A stretch of DNA of 64,000 nt, taken from NCBI GenBank assembly GCA_017533505.1, contig JAFXIB010000089.1, forward strand, positions 2,009 to 66,008, given 5' to 3'. The stretch's first letter is position 1. Every line of letters begins with the position of its first letter. Below the pieces are notes generated by a model that worked only from the letters and a program-made list of their open reading frames with translations, did not search any database and was not told where the DNA came from. Positions 15,695 through 27,000 of this stretch are shown in pieces. This DNA comes from Clostridia bacterium. Its GTDB lineage: Bacteria > Bacillota > Clostridia > Christensenellales > DTU072. The translations under genes and the position numbers were made by a program.

Positions 15695-18642
15695 CTATTT
15701 GATAAGGAATGTCTTTATCTCAAATGGCTTGAATGTAACATTCTCAAGACTTGCTTCACCTATGACTTCTTCAATCATATTGGTTTCGTAAACCTTGCCT
15801 TCAAGGGTTGTTGAAATGGTTGCAGTTCTGGTCATTCCAGTATCTTCATATACACGGACAACAACACCTTCACCACTTTCTGCGCGCTTAACGGTTTCCA
15901 CTACGATATGGCTATCGCTTGATGTAAATACTGATGCAATATCAACTGCTTTGTCGGTAATAAACAATCCATTATTGTAGCGATATGCAATCTTTTGTAC
16001 ATTTGCTTGATTGTAGTTACCAGCGTGTGGATAGATTGCATATTTGATGGTATGTGTACCACGGTCTGCAGTTGGATCGGGATATACAGGTGAGCGTAGA
16101 AGGTTAAGACTGAATAGTCCTTCCTTTACTCTCCAACCATACTTACCACCAGTGAGCATAGCATAACCTTCTTCTTCGTTGGATACATCAACCCACTTGT
16201 GAGCGCAAATTTCAAATTGAGCCTTTTCAACCTTGGTTTCATTCTTGGTTGAACGCTTTAGATTACCCATTTGAATGTCGCAAGTTACTTGGTCAGCAAA
16301 TACTCTTGGTCTAAATTCTGCGCGTAGCATCTTGTGAGTTTCGTTCCAATCAACGATGGTTTCAAAATCTACAAGTGGGCAACCAAGTCTCAAAATAACC
16401 TTTTGGACAATCTTGGACTTGCCATACTTATATATGTTTTCGCGCACGATTTGACCATCGCTTACAATTACATTATTATCAACCAAGCGGAATTCTGCTG
16501 GAGCCTTCTTGGTATAGTTGATGTCAATATCCCATGCGTTGTAGTGCAATCTCTTGTCATCGTAAACATTGAGCTTGTTGAGATATCTGCCAACATGTTC
16601 CTTTTCGGTCTTCTTTTCATATAGGCTTGTGATGTTACCAGCCTTATCAAAGGTTAGACGATATACATCGTTTTCAATGGTATCATCGGTATAGCTAAAT
16701 GGTGATTTTTCTGGAGCAACATATGGGGTGAGTGCAGCACTACCATAAGCAGGGACATCAACAACATACCACTTATCTTTGTAGCACTCAAGTCCCTTTG
16801 CTGGCTCGGAGTTAAAGTTGATAGCATATGGTACTTCTGCCTTTGGAGCGAGGAAGCTTAAGATATCATCACGAATTACAGCAAGCTCATGGAGCATCTC
16901 TTGGTATCTTGCTTGTGACTCTACATAAACACGGTGAATTGAGCTTCCTGGGATAATATCGTGGAATTGATAAAGGAGAACTTCCTTCCAAATTTCATCA
17001 AGCTTTTCCTTGGGATATGCGTAACCCTTGAGCGTAGCAATGGTTGCCAAAAACTCAACATTATGGAGCATAAACTCTATCTTACGGTTGCCCAACTTGT
17101 TGTTTGATTGAGTGGTATATGTACCTTGGTGCTTCTCAAGATACAACTCGCCTTTGTGTCTAACAAGCTTATCTTTATCTTCTCTGATTTTATCAAAGCA
17201 GTCAATGGCATTTGCAAACTTTACCTTTGGTAGGCCCTTCATATTGCCAGCATGTTTGAGCATTTCGATGTGTCCTTCGCCAGGTCCACCACCACCATCG
17301 CCAATACCATAGAGCATACCGAAGTTTTTGACCTTATCCTTTTCGGGGAAGTTCTTGATTGCATTGGAGAAGCTCCATGCTGTACCTTCGGAGTTGTAAG
17401 TTTCGTCTGGTGGCATATGTACGATAACTTCGGAGTCGTCTATACCTTCCCAAATAAATGTACGATGTGGGAACTTGTTGTGTTCGTTCCAGCTGAGCTT
17501 GATGGTTTCAAAATAGTCCATACCACACTTTTTGAGAATTTGTGGAAGGTTACCACTGAATCCAAATACATCTGGTAGCCAGCACATACGCATTTCCTTG
17601 CCAAACTTTTCAAGCCAATACTTTTTGCCATATAGGTTTTGACGGATAAGCGACTCACCACTTGTAACATTGGTATCACACTCTACCCACATGCCACCTT
17701 GTACTTCAAGTTGACCGCGTACAACGGCTTGCTTTAGCTCTTCAAACAACTCTGGATAGCGTCTTTCAATCCACTCAAATTGTTGTGGTTGGCTGGCACC
17801 AAAGATAAAGTCTGGGTAACGCTCCATGTTGCGTAGTTGGGTTGCAAATGTACGAGCAGCCTTTCTCTTGGTTTCACGGATAGGCCATAGCCATGCAAGG
17901 TCAAGGTGAGCATGTCCTGTTGCATAAATGGTAAATGGTGATTCTTCGCCAACTTGATATTCTGCTTCAAACACCTTTTTTGCCTCTTCCAAATTGCCCT
18001 TTGCAGCAAGGCCTAATCCCTTACGCAATGACTTCTTGATAGAAGCACGTTTTGCACTATCACAATCATCATCGGTTGCTTGGAAAACAAGTGCCAATGC
18101 ATCATAGTAAACTGATTTATATTCTTCGTTGATAACAACGATATCGGCTTGTCTAAACATTGCAGGTTTATCAATGTCGCCAAGTGGATGGTTGTTACCA
18201 CAGTCCATCCATAGGTCAATGGCTTCGCCACCTTCTGCAGAATCGGTTAGTTCGTAGAGCTTTTTACCCTTTGCTGGTTGCGCAAATTCTACAACTGCTG
18301 ATAGGTAGGTTATTGCACGACTTGGTGTGCCATTTGGTGTATACACACAACCTTCGCCACCAATAGCAAACAAGGCACCTACCTTCTTACCCTTGGCGCT
18401 TTCTGGAATTTGTCCTTTGAAATGGAACCATGCGCACTCATAACATTTTTTAGATAAACTTGACCTGTCTTTATAGTGCGATAGGACAAATCTTCCTTTT
18501 CTTCAAATTCAACAGGCTCGTTTGTAGGAGAATATTCTGCGCTTAATGTTCCTACCTTTGTATAACACTTTGATGCAAGTTTGAGTAGGTTAGCATCAAA
18601 GCCACTTCCAAAAATAAACCTGACAATATTAGATGCCTTCAT
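15695..18642 (-). pseudogene. GH38 alpha-mannosidase interrupted by a -1 frameshift in a homopolymer (ORFs 18379..18642 and 15695..18373+)
   Basis: The large ORF has GH38 motifs (TGHAHLDLAWLWP, GGMWVECD, QFHDIIPGSS). Its frame stays open upstream of the called start and reads SKKCYECAWFHFKGQIPESAKGKKVGALFAIGGEG. The 5' piece (MKASNIVRF..., RBS ggagga) ends out of frame. Adding one A to the A6 run (T6 at 18446-18451 on +) joins them as ...GQVYLKKCYECAWFHF... Confidence 0.7.
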
Positions 18643-18690
18643 TTCATCCTCCAATTTTAATTGTAGCAATAAGCCCACAATATTTATTAT

Positions 18691-18719
18691 ATTATACTAT
18701 GCACGCGCGTAAATTGCAA
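18691..18719 (-). promoter_or_regulatory. Candidate promoter of the GH38 gene
   Basis: Minus strand: TTGCAA (18719-18714), 17-nt spacer tttacgcgcgtgcatag, TATAAT (18696-18691). The spacer is a CpG-rich alternating tract. Confidence 0.5.
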
Positions 18720-18752
18720 TATGCAATTTTTAAGAGCTGTTTTATGGTAAAT

Positions 18753-18782
18753 AAAAAGCCCTGTTTTGATTAAAACAGGGCT
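18753..18782 (-). terminator. Rho-independent terminator of the pot operon
   Basis: Minus strand: agccctgtttt-aatc-aaaacagggct followed by ttttta, 24 nt after the potD stop. Confidence 0.75.
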
Positions 18783-18805
18783 ACACATTTAATTATCAGC
18801 AATTA

Positions 18806-20188
18806 CTACTCGGCGCTTTCTGCTTCTTCCGCTGCAATCTGCTCGGCTGTCTTGATGAGCCTACGATATGCATTGGCTCTATGGCTTACAAGATAATATA
18901 CTGCAAACCCTATTGCGCCAGCACCAACTACAGCAATGGAAACCCAGAGTATCCACAAGTTGTTTTGCTTGCTACTCTTTACTCTTTCCCACATCTCAAT
19001 GGTTGACGCATTTCTTTCGCCAAAGTCTTTCATAACACCAAGGTTAGCATTGGACTTAATGTCTGGATATCTACGCTCGTCGCCAAAGAATTCTTCGGCA
19101 TCGTACTCATTCTCTTCCAAAATTGCAAGGGCTTCTTCGCTTGCCATAAACACATCCTTGTCAATGGCTGATGTATATCCAATTGCCATAGCATTGCGCA
19201 TTGCGATATCTGGACGGCATACATAGTCGATGAACATATATGCTGCCTTTACATTTTGTGCGCCCTTGAGCATAACCCAGCCGTCAAACCAAATGTTGCC
19301 ACCAATTTCTGGCACAAAGTAATCAAGATTTTCACCATCTTCCATTGCCCACAATGCATCTCCTGACCAAGCAAGGTCGACATATGCTCTGTTTGATGTC
19401 ATTTGAGCCTTACCGAAGTCTACTTCGTAGCCTTTGAGAGCATCGCTTTGCTCCAAAAGAACTTGCTCAACTGCTTGTAAAAGTGTGTCATCAACGGTGT
19501 TGATTAGCTCTTGAACACTCAATGTTTCGTATCCAGCTGGTAGTCTATCCAATTCCTTAAGACGCATTACTGCTGCAACATAGCTATCACGAATTGAGTC
19601 CTTCATCAAAATCTTTTCTTCAAGCTCTGGATTGAGCGCACTATTCCAAAGTAGTCCATATCCCTCTGCCAAATCAGCTTCAGTTACAACATCAGCATTA
19701 TAAAGGATGCCAAGCGTTCCCCACATATATGGTACAAAGTAATCAGCCATTCTTTCGTCCTCGCCAACACCAGGAACCTTGATGTGTGTGAATACTTCGT
19801 TTACCTTGTCATAAATATCAGACTCAACATTTTGGTAGGTTGATATCTTGGAGTAATCTAACTTTTGGAGATATCCACCCTCCATTAGCTTTTGTATAGC
19901 GTACTCTGATGGACATACAAGGTCAATGACTTCTTCGCCCTTTTCAACCGTTGTAAGCATAATTTCGTTGGTTTCAAAGGTGGAGTAAACGATATCAAGT
20001 TTTTTGCCAGTTACACTCTCGTAATACTCTTCAAATTCCTCTTCAATATCTTCGTCAATATAGTCGCCCCAGTTGTAAATAACCAAAGTTTCATCAGGTT
20101 CTTCGGCAAAAGAGCAACCTGCTATACCACTAAAAAGTACAGCTGTAAGGAGTAGTAAAACCAAACTTAATGAAAGAATCCTCTTCAT
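18806..20188 (-). CDS. potD: Spermidine/putrescine ABC transporter substrate-binding lipoprotein, with an extra C-terminal TM helix
   Basis: Lipobox LFSGIAG-C. PotD-like body (LVIYNWGDYID, YMWGTLGILYN, NIWFDGW). The C-terminus adds NLWILWVSIAVVGAGAIGFAVYYLV plus a charged tail. It is the last gene of the potABCD order. Confidence 0.85.
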   Translation of the reverse strand: MKRILSLSLVLLLLTAVLFSGIAGCSFAEEPDETLVIYNWGDYIDEDIEEEFEEYYESVTGKKLDIVYSTFETNEIMLTTVEKGEEVIDLVCPSEYAIQKLMEGGYLQKLDYSKISTYQNVESDIYDKVNEVFTHIKVPGVGEDERMADYFVPYMWGTLGILYNADVVTEADLAEGYGLLWNSALNPELEEKILMKDSIRDSYVAAVMRLKELDRLPAGYETLSVQELINTVDDTLLQAVEQVLLEQSDALKGYEVDFGKAQMTSNRAYVDLAWSGDALWAMEDGENLDYFVPEIGGNIWFDGWVMLKGAQNVKAAYMFIDYVCRPDIAMRNAMAIGYTSAIDKDVFMASEEALAILEENEYDAEEFFGDERRYPDIKSNANLGVMKDFGERNASTIEMWERVKSSKQNNLWILWVSIAVVGAGAIGFAVYYLVSHRANAYRRLIKTAEQIAAEEAESAE

Positions 20189-20994
20189 TATTTAGCCTCC
20201 TTTTTGTTTCCCTTTTTGTAGGAGCGAAGGTTGGAAAACAATACGATAAATACAACAACCAATATAATGATACTAAATACAGGTAGCCAGAATGGTTTTA
20301 GACCACTTGCATTACGGAGTGAGCTATATAGATAGGTTGAAAGTGTATCAATACCAGTTGATGCGCCCTTGTTGAGCTGGGTGATGATAAAGTCATCAAG
20401 AGAAATGGTAAATGCCATTGCAAAGCCACTTATAACACCTGGAAGAATGGTGGGTATGATAACCTTAAAGAGCGCTTTGATGGGGCTTGCGCCAAGGTCA
20501 AGTGCTGCTTCATAGATGTTTGGATCCATTTGCATAAGCCTTGGCATTACTGAAAGAATAACATAAGGAGTGCAGAAAGAAACATGTCCTATGATTAACC
20601 TTACATAGCCTTGTGGGAACCCAAATGTAGCAAAGAACAACATCAATGAAACTGCCATAACAATCTCGGAATTGATGATTGGGAGCTGGTTGACATTCTC
20701 AACAATTCTTCTTGCGCGTGGCTTTAAGTAGAATATACCAACGGCGCTAATTGAGCCTATGAGGGTAGAAAGCACACTTGATACAACTGCAATTATAATT
20801 GTGTTCAAAAGGCTATCCCAAAGCTTTTTGGGAGCATTTGTAAATAGCTGAACATAGGCTTCAAAGGTAAAGCCTTCTGGGAATGTGAAGTTGTTAGTGT
20901 TGGAAAATGAATAGATTATAATCATCAAAATGGGAGCATACAAAATACCCAACATAAGAACGATATAACCTTTTTCGGCAATTTTTCTTACCAT
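20188..20994 (-). CDS. potC: Spermidine/putrescine ABC transporter permease
   Basis: Six TM segments and the EAA loop YEAALDLGASPIKALFKVIIP. Start and stop overlap the neighbouring genes. Confidence 0.85.
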   Translation of the reverse strand: MVRKIAEKGYIVLMLGILYAPILMIIIYSFSNTNNFTFPEGFTFEAYVQLFTNAPKKLWDSLLNTIIIAVVSSVLSTLIGSISAVGIFYLKPRARRIVENVNQLPIINSEIVMAVSLMLFFATFGFPQGYVRLIIGHVSFCTPYVILSVMPRLMQMDPNIYEAALDLGASPIKALFKVIIPTILPGVISGFAMAFTISLDDFIITQLNKGASTGIDTLSTYLYSSLRNASGLKPFWLPVFSIIILVVVFIVLFSNLRSYKKGNKKEAK

Positions 20995-21803
20995 AGATTC
21001 TTCGCTGCCTCCCCTTTGTTGATTTTGTTCATAAAGAAGTTGGAAACCAAAACCAATGCAAGCATAATCAAACTCATGACAGAGCCTACACCGTATAGCT
21101 TGTTTTCGAACTTAAGGTTGATGGAATCACCAAACAATATAATGCTGTTGTTTGAAAGTAGTTGTGAAATTGCAAACGCACTTATTGTTGGAATGAAAAC
21201 CATTGTAATACCACTAATTATTCCAGGAAGAGATAGTGGAAGTGTTGACTTAAAGAAGGTAGCAACAGGACTTGCGCCAAGGTCTTGAGCAGCTTCCTTG
21301 AAACTTTTGTCGATGTTGCTGATTGTGGTATGGAGTGGCATAATCATAAATGGTATAAAGTTATAAACCATGCCAAATATTACCGTACCCATACCAAGTG
21401 TTACTGCCATATTTTCAAATATGGTTTGTAGCGCGTATGTACGGATAAGGAAGTTAACCCACATAGGTAGAATAAATAGCACTACGATTACGCTACCACT
21501 CTTCCACTTGGAAAGTATGTATGCCACAGGATAGCCAAGTAACAAACATATAACTGTGGTAACAATGCCCACAACAATGGATGTGCCAAGTACCTTTAAG
21601 CTGGAGCCATCGGTTGCAAGGTCCACAAAGTTTTGGAAGCTGAGTGAACCATCATAAATGAAGGCATTGACAAGCACTATTACCAATGGGGTAACTACAA
21701 ACAAAAGCAAAAATAGTATATAAGGATAGGAAAAGACTCTACGCGTAAGCCTAAAATTCTTAACCTTATCTATGGCTTTCTTTGGTAAATCTTTTAGCTT
21801 CAT
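20988..21803 (-). CDS. potB: Spermidine/putrescine ABC transporter permease
   Basis: EAA loop KEAAQDLGASPVATFFKSTLP and six TM segments. Coupled to potA and potC. Confidence 0.85.
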   Translation of the reverse strand: MKLKDLPKKAIDKVKNFRLTRRVFSYPYILFLLLFVVTPLVIVLVNAFIYDGSLSFQNFVDLATDGSSLKVLGTSIVVGIVTTVICLLLGYPVAYILSKWKSGSVIVVLFILPMWVNFLIRTYALQTIFENMAVTLGMGTVIFGMVYNFIPFMIMPLHTTISNIDKSFKEAAQDLGASPVATFFKSTLPLSLPGIISGITMVFIPTISAFAISQLLSNNSIILFGDSINLKFENKLYGVGSVMSLIMLALVLVSNFFMNKINKGEAAKNLW

Positions 21804-23275
21804 TACTCTTCGTCCTTTCTTTCCAATTGTTCAATGATAATCTTGTCTGGAGCAACAGATAGACCTACTCTATCGCCCTTTAGCCAGTCGTCATCGGTAT
21901 CAACAAAGAAGTTGTAATAGTTGTCAGCACGAATGATGCATTGATAGTAACTGCCCTTATAAATGCTGGATACTACTTCACCACCGATGATGCCGTCTTC
22001 TTCGTCATCGTGTACTATAACATCGTCAAAGTCAATGGATACTTTGACAGGTGTGCCTGATGGTAGGTTAGAGTTACATGGGAACTTGCCACCACAAATT
22101 TCAACAACGCCTTCGTCCCACATTTCTGTTTCGATTTCGTTGATGATGCGTGCTTTGTGCATGATATGGAGATCAAATGGCTTGATAAAGATACCTATTT
22201 CGTCCCCTACCTTAACTTCGGTGTTATCGTGGATAAGGAGCTCGTTGACCTCTTCCTTGCCCTCAATAAGTGCTACGATTTGATAGTGGTCGCCCTTGAA
22301 CACACAGCTATCAACCTTACCAGTCATCATTGCTGCTTGGTTGTCTGCTGGCATAACGAATATATCTTCGGGACGAATGATAACATCAATAGGCTCATTC
22401 TTTTTGAATCCTTTGTCTACACACTCAAATTCTCTATCAAAGAACTCTACAACACAGTCCTTGCGCATAATACCACTAAAGATGTTTGACTCGCCGATAA
22501 AGTCTGCAACGAATGCATGTGCTGGCTCATCATATATCTTTTGTGGGTTGGCAATTTGTTGGATAACACCATCACGCATAACAACAATGGTATCGCTCAT
22601 TGTAAGAGCTTCTTCTTGGTCGTGGGTAACATAAACAAAGGTGATACCTATCTTCTTATGCATATTCATAAGTTCGATTTGCATATCCTTTCTCATCTTC
22701 AAGTCTAACGCGCCAAGAGGCTCGTCAAGGAGCAAAACTTCTGGCTCATTAACAAGTGCGCGAGCAATGGCTACACGCTGTTGTTGACCGCCTGAAAGGC
22801 TGTTAACATTACGATGACCATAGTCTTCAAGGTCAACAAGCTTGAGGGCGTTGTTTACCTTGTCCTTTATCTCTTGCTTTGTGAGCTTTCTGAGCTTTTC
22901 ATAAAGGTTGCCCTTTCTATCCTTGAAGGTTTCGCCTGTTGGGACCTTTTTGATTTTCAAACCAAAAGCAATATTGTTGAATACATTTAGGTGAGGGAAC
23001 AAAGCATACTTTTGGAATACTGTGTTAACTGGACGAAGATGTGGTGGAATTTCCGTTATGTTCTTGCCATTGAAGTACACAGCACCACTGGTGGGCTTTT
23101 CAAAACCAGCAATCATTCTGAGAGTTGTAGACTTGCCACAACCTGATGGTCCCAAGAATGTTACAAATTCGCCACGCTTAACAGAAAAACTGACATTCTT
23201 TACAGCAGGCTTGCCATCGTAATCTTTGTGAACATTTTTAAGTTCGATAATTACATCTTTAGTTTGATTTGTCAT
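21803..23275 (-). CDS. potA: Spermidine/putrescine ABC transporter ATPase, extended (insertion in the ABC domain plus two TOBE-like C-terminal modules)
   Basis: Walker A GPSGCGKST, signature LSGGQQQR, Walker B LLLDEP, H-loop VTHDQ. About 25 extra aa (VPTGETFKDRKGNLYEKLRKLTKQ) lie between the Q-loop and the signature. Two consecutive beta-rich C-terminal modules bring it to 490 aa. Confidence 0.9.
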   Translation of the reverse strand: MTNQTKDVIIELKNVHKDYDGKPAVKNVSFSVKRGEFVTFLGPSGCGKSTTLRMIAGFEKPTSGAVYFNGKNITEIPPHLRPVNTVFQKYALFPHLNVFNNIAFGLKIKKVPTGETFKDRKGNLYEKLRKLTKQEIKDKVNNALKLVDLEDYGHRNVNSLSGGQQQRVAIARALVNEPEVLLLDEPLGALDLKMRKDMQIELMNMHKKIGITFVYVTHDQEEALTMSDTIVVMRDGVIQQIANPQKIYDEPAHAFVADFIGESNIFSGIMRKDCVVEFFDREFECVDKGFKKNEPIDVIIRPEDIFVMPADNQAAMMTGKVDSCVFKGDHYQIVALIEGKEEVNELLIHDNTEVKVGDEIGIFIKPFDLHIMHKARIINEIETEMWDEGVVEICGGKFPCNSNLPSGTPVKVSIDFDDVIVHDDEEDGIIGGEVVSSIYKGSYYQCIIRADNYYNFFVDTDDDWLKGDRVGLSVAPDKIIIEQLERKDEE

Positions 23276-23284
23276 ATTGTACCT

Positions 23285-23818
23285 CTAAAAGTTGCTTGGT
23301 GTGGTTACCCAAATGATTTTTGCTTCTTTGGTGCCGATGTTGATAATCTTATGCTCATGGGCACCATCTATATAAAAGGCTTCTCCACGCTTGGCTGTGT
23401 GCATTTTGCCATCTGCCTCAATTGCTACCTTGCCTTCTAATACATAGCCGAATTCTTCTCCCTCAAAAGGATATCTTGTGTCTGACTCTCCGTTTTCAGG
23501 TAGTACCAATAGAATGGGCTCCATATCATTCTTTTGAGAATTAGGAATAAGCCATGTTGCACTACCCGAACCATTTTGTGACAAAAAGAAATCGTTTTTG
23601 CCAAACACAATTTGCTCCTCCTTTTCTTCTGCAAAAAAGGATTGTGGAGTAACACCCAAAACATTAAGTATATCAATGAGTGTTGCTATGGATGGAGATG
23701 CAAGGTCGTTTTCAAGCTGAGAAATATAACCCTTTGTCAGCTCCGAACGCATTGCAAGCTCTTCTTGAGTGAGCCCTCTACGCAATCTGATTGACTTTAG
23801 CTTGTTGCCGATATCCAT
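23285..23818 (-). CDS. XRE-family HTH + cupin regulator (PuuR-like), first gene of the pot cluster
   Basis: HTH: LKSIRLRRGLTQEELAMRSELTKGYISQLENDLASPSIATLIDILNVLG. Cupin: EGEEFGYVLEGKVAIEADGKMHTAKRGEAFYIDGAHEH. It lies 9 nt upstream of potA. Confidence 0.8.
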   Translation of the reverse strand: MDIGNKLKSIRLRRGLTQEELAMRSELTKGYISQLENDLASPSIATLIDILNVLGVTPQSFFAEEKEEQIVFGKNDFFLSQNGSGSATWLIPNSQKNDMEPILLVLPENGESDTRYPFEGEEFGYVLEGKVAIEADGKMHTAKRGEAFYIDGAHEHKIINIGTKEAKIIWVTTPSNF

Positions 23819-23860
23819 AAATTTTCCCCTTAAAGAAGCGTGCGCGTGTTTCGTAACTAT

Positions 23861-23889
23861 ATCATAACAACGATACTTACTGCTGTCAA
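23861..23889 (-). promoter_or_regulatory. Candidate promoter of regulator-potABCD operon
   Basis: Minus strand: TTGACA (23889-23884), 17-nt spacer, TATGAT (23866-23861). The predicted 5' UTR then contains ACACGCGCACGC. Confidence 0.55.
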
Positions 23890-23991
23890 TAATTTTGTTT
23901 AATTTTATTAAACTTATTTTTGTTTAGTATTTGTAAACTTTTTTATTAAGCAACCTATATTTATATTAGTGAATCAATGGGAGTTTTGCAT

Positions 23992-24025
23992 AAAAAATCC
24001 CCTATGGCAAAATGCCACAGGGGAT
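23992..24025 (-). terminator. Rho-independent terminator after the giant surface-protein ORF
   Basis: Minus strand: atcccctgtggca-tttt-gccatagggga followed by tttttt, 23 nt after the stop at 24049. Confidence 0.7.
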
Positions 24026-24048
24026 TTATACTTTGAGTTAGCTTTTAA

Positions 24049-27000
24049 TTATGCCGAGTACATGGAAACTGTAATATAACGGAGATAGCCGGTATAGTTT
24101 GCAGTTTCCTTCCATAGTGTTGAAATGCTACCACCATATACTTCACAGTCTGGTGAATATACAGCGCCGGCTTCTTTACCAGATTTGATAGTTCCACTTA
24201 CATTCCAGTCAGGACAGATACCACTTGCAGTTCCTGATACAGAATAGAAGTAAACGCTTGCTGAACCACTCAAGTAACCTGTACCTTCAAATCCCCAAGT
24301 GAAACCTGCTTCAATTGAAGCTTGGTTGTAGATTGTACCACCACCACAATACTCTGCTGTTGCTGTTACACTACATGTAGAGTTGCCTCCATTGCCATTA
24401 CCTTTTGCATTACCGATATATGCCCATTGTGTTTGTGATACATCTTCTGCTTGGTCAACCCAAATGTAGTTGAAGTACTTGATGATTGCACTACCACTTG
24501 CACTGATATTTTCATTAGTACTGCTACCTGTGATTGCACCAATATAGGTATCATTTCTACTTTCATCACTTGCTCTTCTGTTTACCATGAGCTTGGAGTT
24601 GTTAGCCACACCACTTACTGCACCTTCGTTGTAGCCAACTATACCACCGATATATAGGGTTGCAGTATCCGCACTCAAGACAGCATGCATACCAGAGTTA
24701 GCGCCACTTGTAGGTACATAAGCTTCATTTGCAGCAGTAACTACTTCGTATGCAGCAGTTGTTGAATTATAATCGTTTGTTGCTCCTTGTGAACCACTGA
24801 TGCTACCACCACTAATTTTGCCTGTGCTTGTGTTGTAGCCGACCATACCGCCATAAGTACCACCTTCAAGTGAAGCATTGATGTTTTGACGAGATGTGAA
24901 TATTCTTGCTGCAACGGAGCCGTTTTCCAAAGTTCCGAAGTTGACACCTACTAGACCACCTACCATTGAGCCAGTTATGCTCAATCTGAAGGTGCTTGAT
25001 GATGATACGGTTGCGCCTGAAATTGTACCATTGTTGAAGCCTGCAATACCACCAGCACCATGCATCATAAAGTTACCTTGGTCAGCAGTTGAATTTGGTG
25101 CTACGAAACCTGCTGTACTATTAGAACGGATGCCCATTGCAGAAGTGATTCTGTAAACGACATTGTTAATTCTTCTATTTGCGCCAATTGAACCAACCAC
25201 ACCACCAATTGCAGCCTTGTTGCTTGATGCGTCAAGACCACCATTAATTACGGTTGCATTTTCAATTGCAACTTGCTCGGTGCTACCGCTATTTGCTTGG
25301 ATGGTACCTGCGATACCACCAGCGCCAATACCTTCTGCGCCAAGAGCAGTACCACTCATTACAGTAACACCACTTGTGGTATATGTGCCATTGCCACCTG
25401 ATACTCTACCATAGTTACCGATTGATCCAACGATACCACCAGCGCCACCAGTGTAGTCAGAGCCTACACCAAGATAGCTACCACCGATGGTTGCAGTAAC
25501 ATTATAGTCTGTTACAGATGAGTTAGTAATCAAGCCTTCTGCATCGGTTTCACCAGCAAGCAAGCCAACTAAGCCACCTACAAAGTTTTGACCATATGCA
25601 GTCCTAATGATGTTTTCAGCACCAGTTGCTACGGTGTGAACATTTTGTACAGTACCACCAAATACTTGACCTGCAAGTACACCAACATTGGTTGCGCTTG
25701 TATATACATAAGATCTACCAATGTTCAAGTTCTTTACAACACCACCACGATAAATCTTTGCAAAGATACCAACATTTTCCATAATGGATGAGTTGGATAG
25801 CTCGAGATATAGGTTGTATAGAGTCTTGCTATTACCATCATAAACACCGTTGAATCCATTTAGATAAGTTACATTGTTGGATGCTGTGAATGCTCCACAA
25901 AGTGGCTCTTCTAAAGCGTTGTTAGTTTCGTTAAGGTTGATGTCAGCTATTTGGATGAAGTGTACTCTTAATACTTCGCTACCATTTTGACCATATACCA
26001 AAGTACCATTGTTGCCCTTGTATAGGCTGTCAATATTTCTCAAATGATCTACGGTTGCAATCTTGAATGGGTTGGTTGCAGAGCCATCACCAGCACTACC
26101 AACCACTCCACCATCAGCAAATGGGTAGTCATACATACCAGTGCCACTCTTTGACTGAGTCTGCAATGTACCTTCTACCCAAACATACTCGTCCCAAGTT
26201 GCTGTGGAGTAGTAGGCAATGTTTTGTACCTTCTTGGTAATTGATGAGCCGTTGAAGTTTACACCAATACTGATATAATCACTTTCGAGTACATTAGCTG
26301 TATCGATAAGTCTTGTTGCATAATCGCCACTTTCTTCACCATCAAAGCTGAATTCTGTGTTGATTGGTATGTTGTTGATTTGGATGATGCCATCGCCACT
26401 ATTGTCACCACTTGTTGCATGTGCGTCGCCAATAGCATCGTCCTTTACATAGTAAGCATCATTACCAAGAATGTCAGCTGATACTTCTACGCTGTTAGGA
26501 TCGTTTTCGTAAAGCACCTCGCCCAATGCGTTAGGTAGCTTGATTGATGAGCCAACATAAACATTGTGGAGCTTCAAAGTACCGAAAGACTCAAAGTTTA
26601 CATTGATGGTCTTTTGTGCATTTGCAGTAATTACAATTTCCATTGCTTCAACTGCATCATTGTATGCTTCGTATGTGGAGCTGTTGTTAGCATCAAAGTT
26701 CTTGAGAGCATCTGGAATGGTGGATTGTTGATAGTCAAGTGAACCATTTTGATCCCAGACATTCCTGTTTTCTTCATCAACAGAAGTGATGCCAGCAAAC
26801 CTATCATACAATGGGTTAAAGTTGGTAGAATCGTTGATGTTGCCCGAATAGTTGGTTACAAGCTTAAACATTAGCTTTGTGCCTACGCGTGCGTCAGTAA
26901 TGTTAATCATTCTTTCGCCACTGAGTTCACCTTGCTCAACCCAAGTGTCACCTACTTGCTTGTAGTACTTGAGCGTGGGCATTGAGTCGGTTAAAACTGG

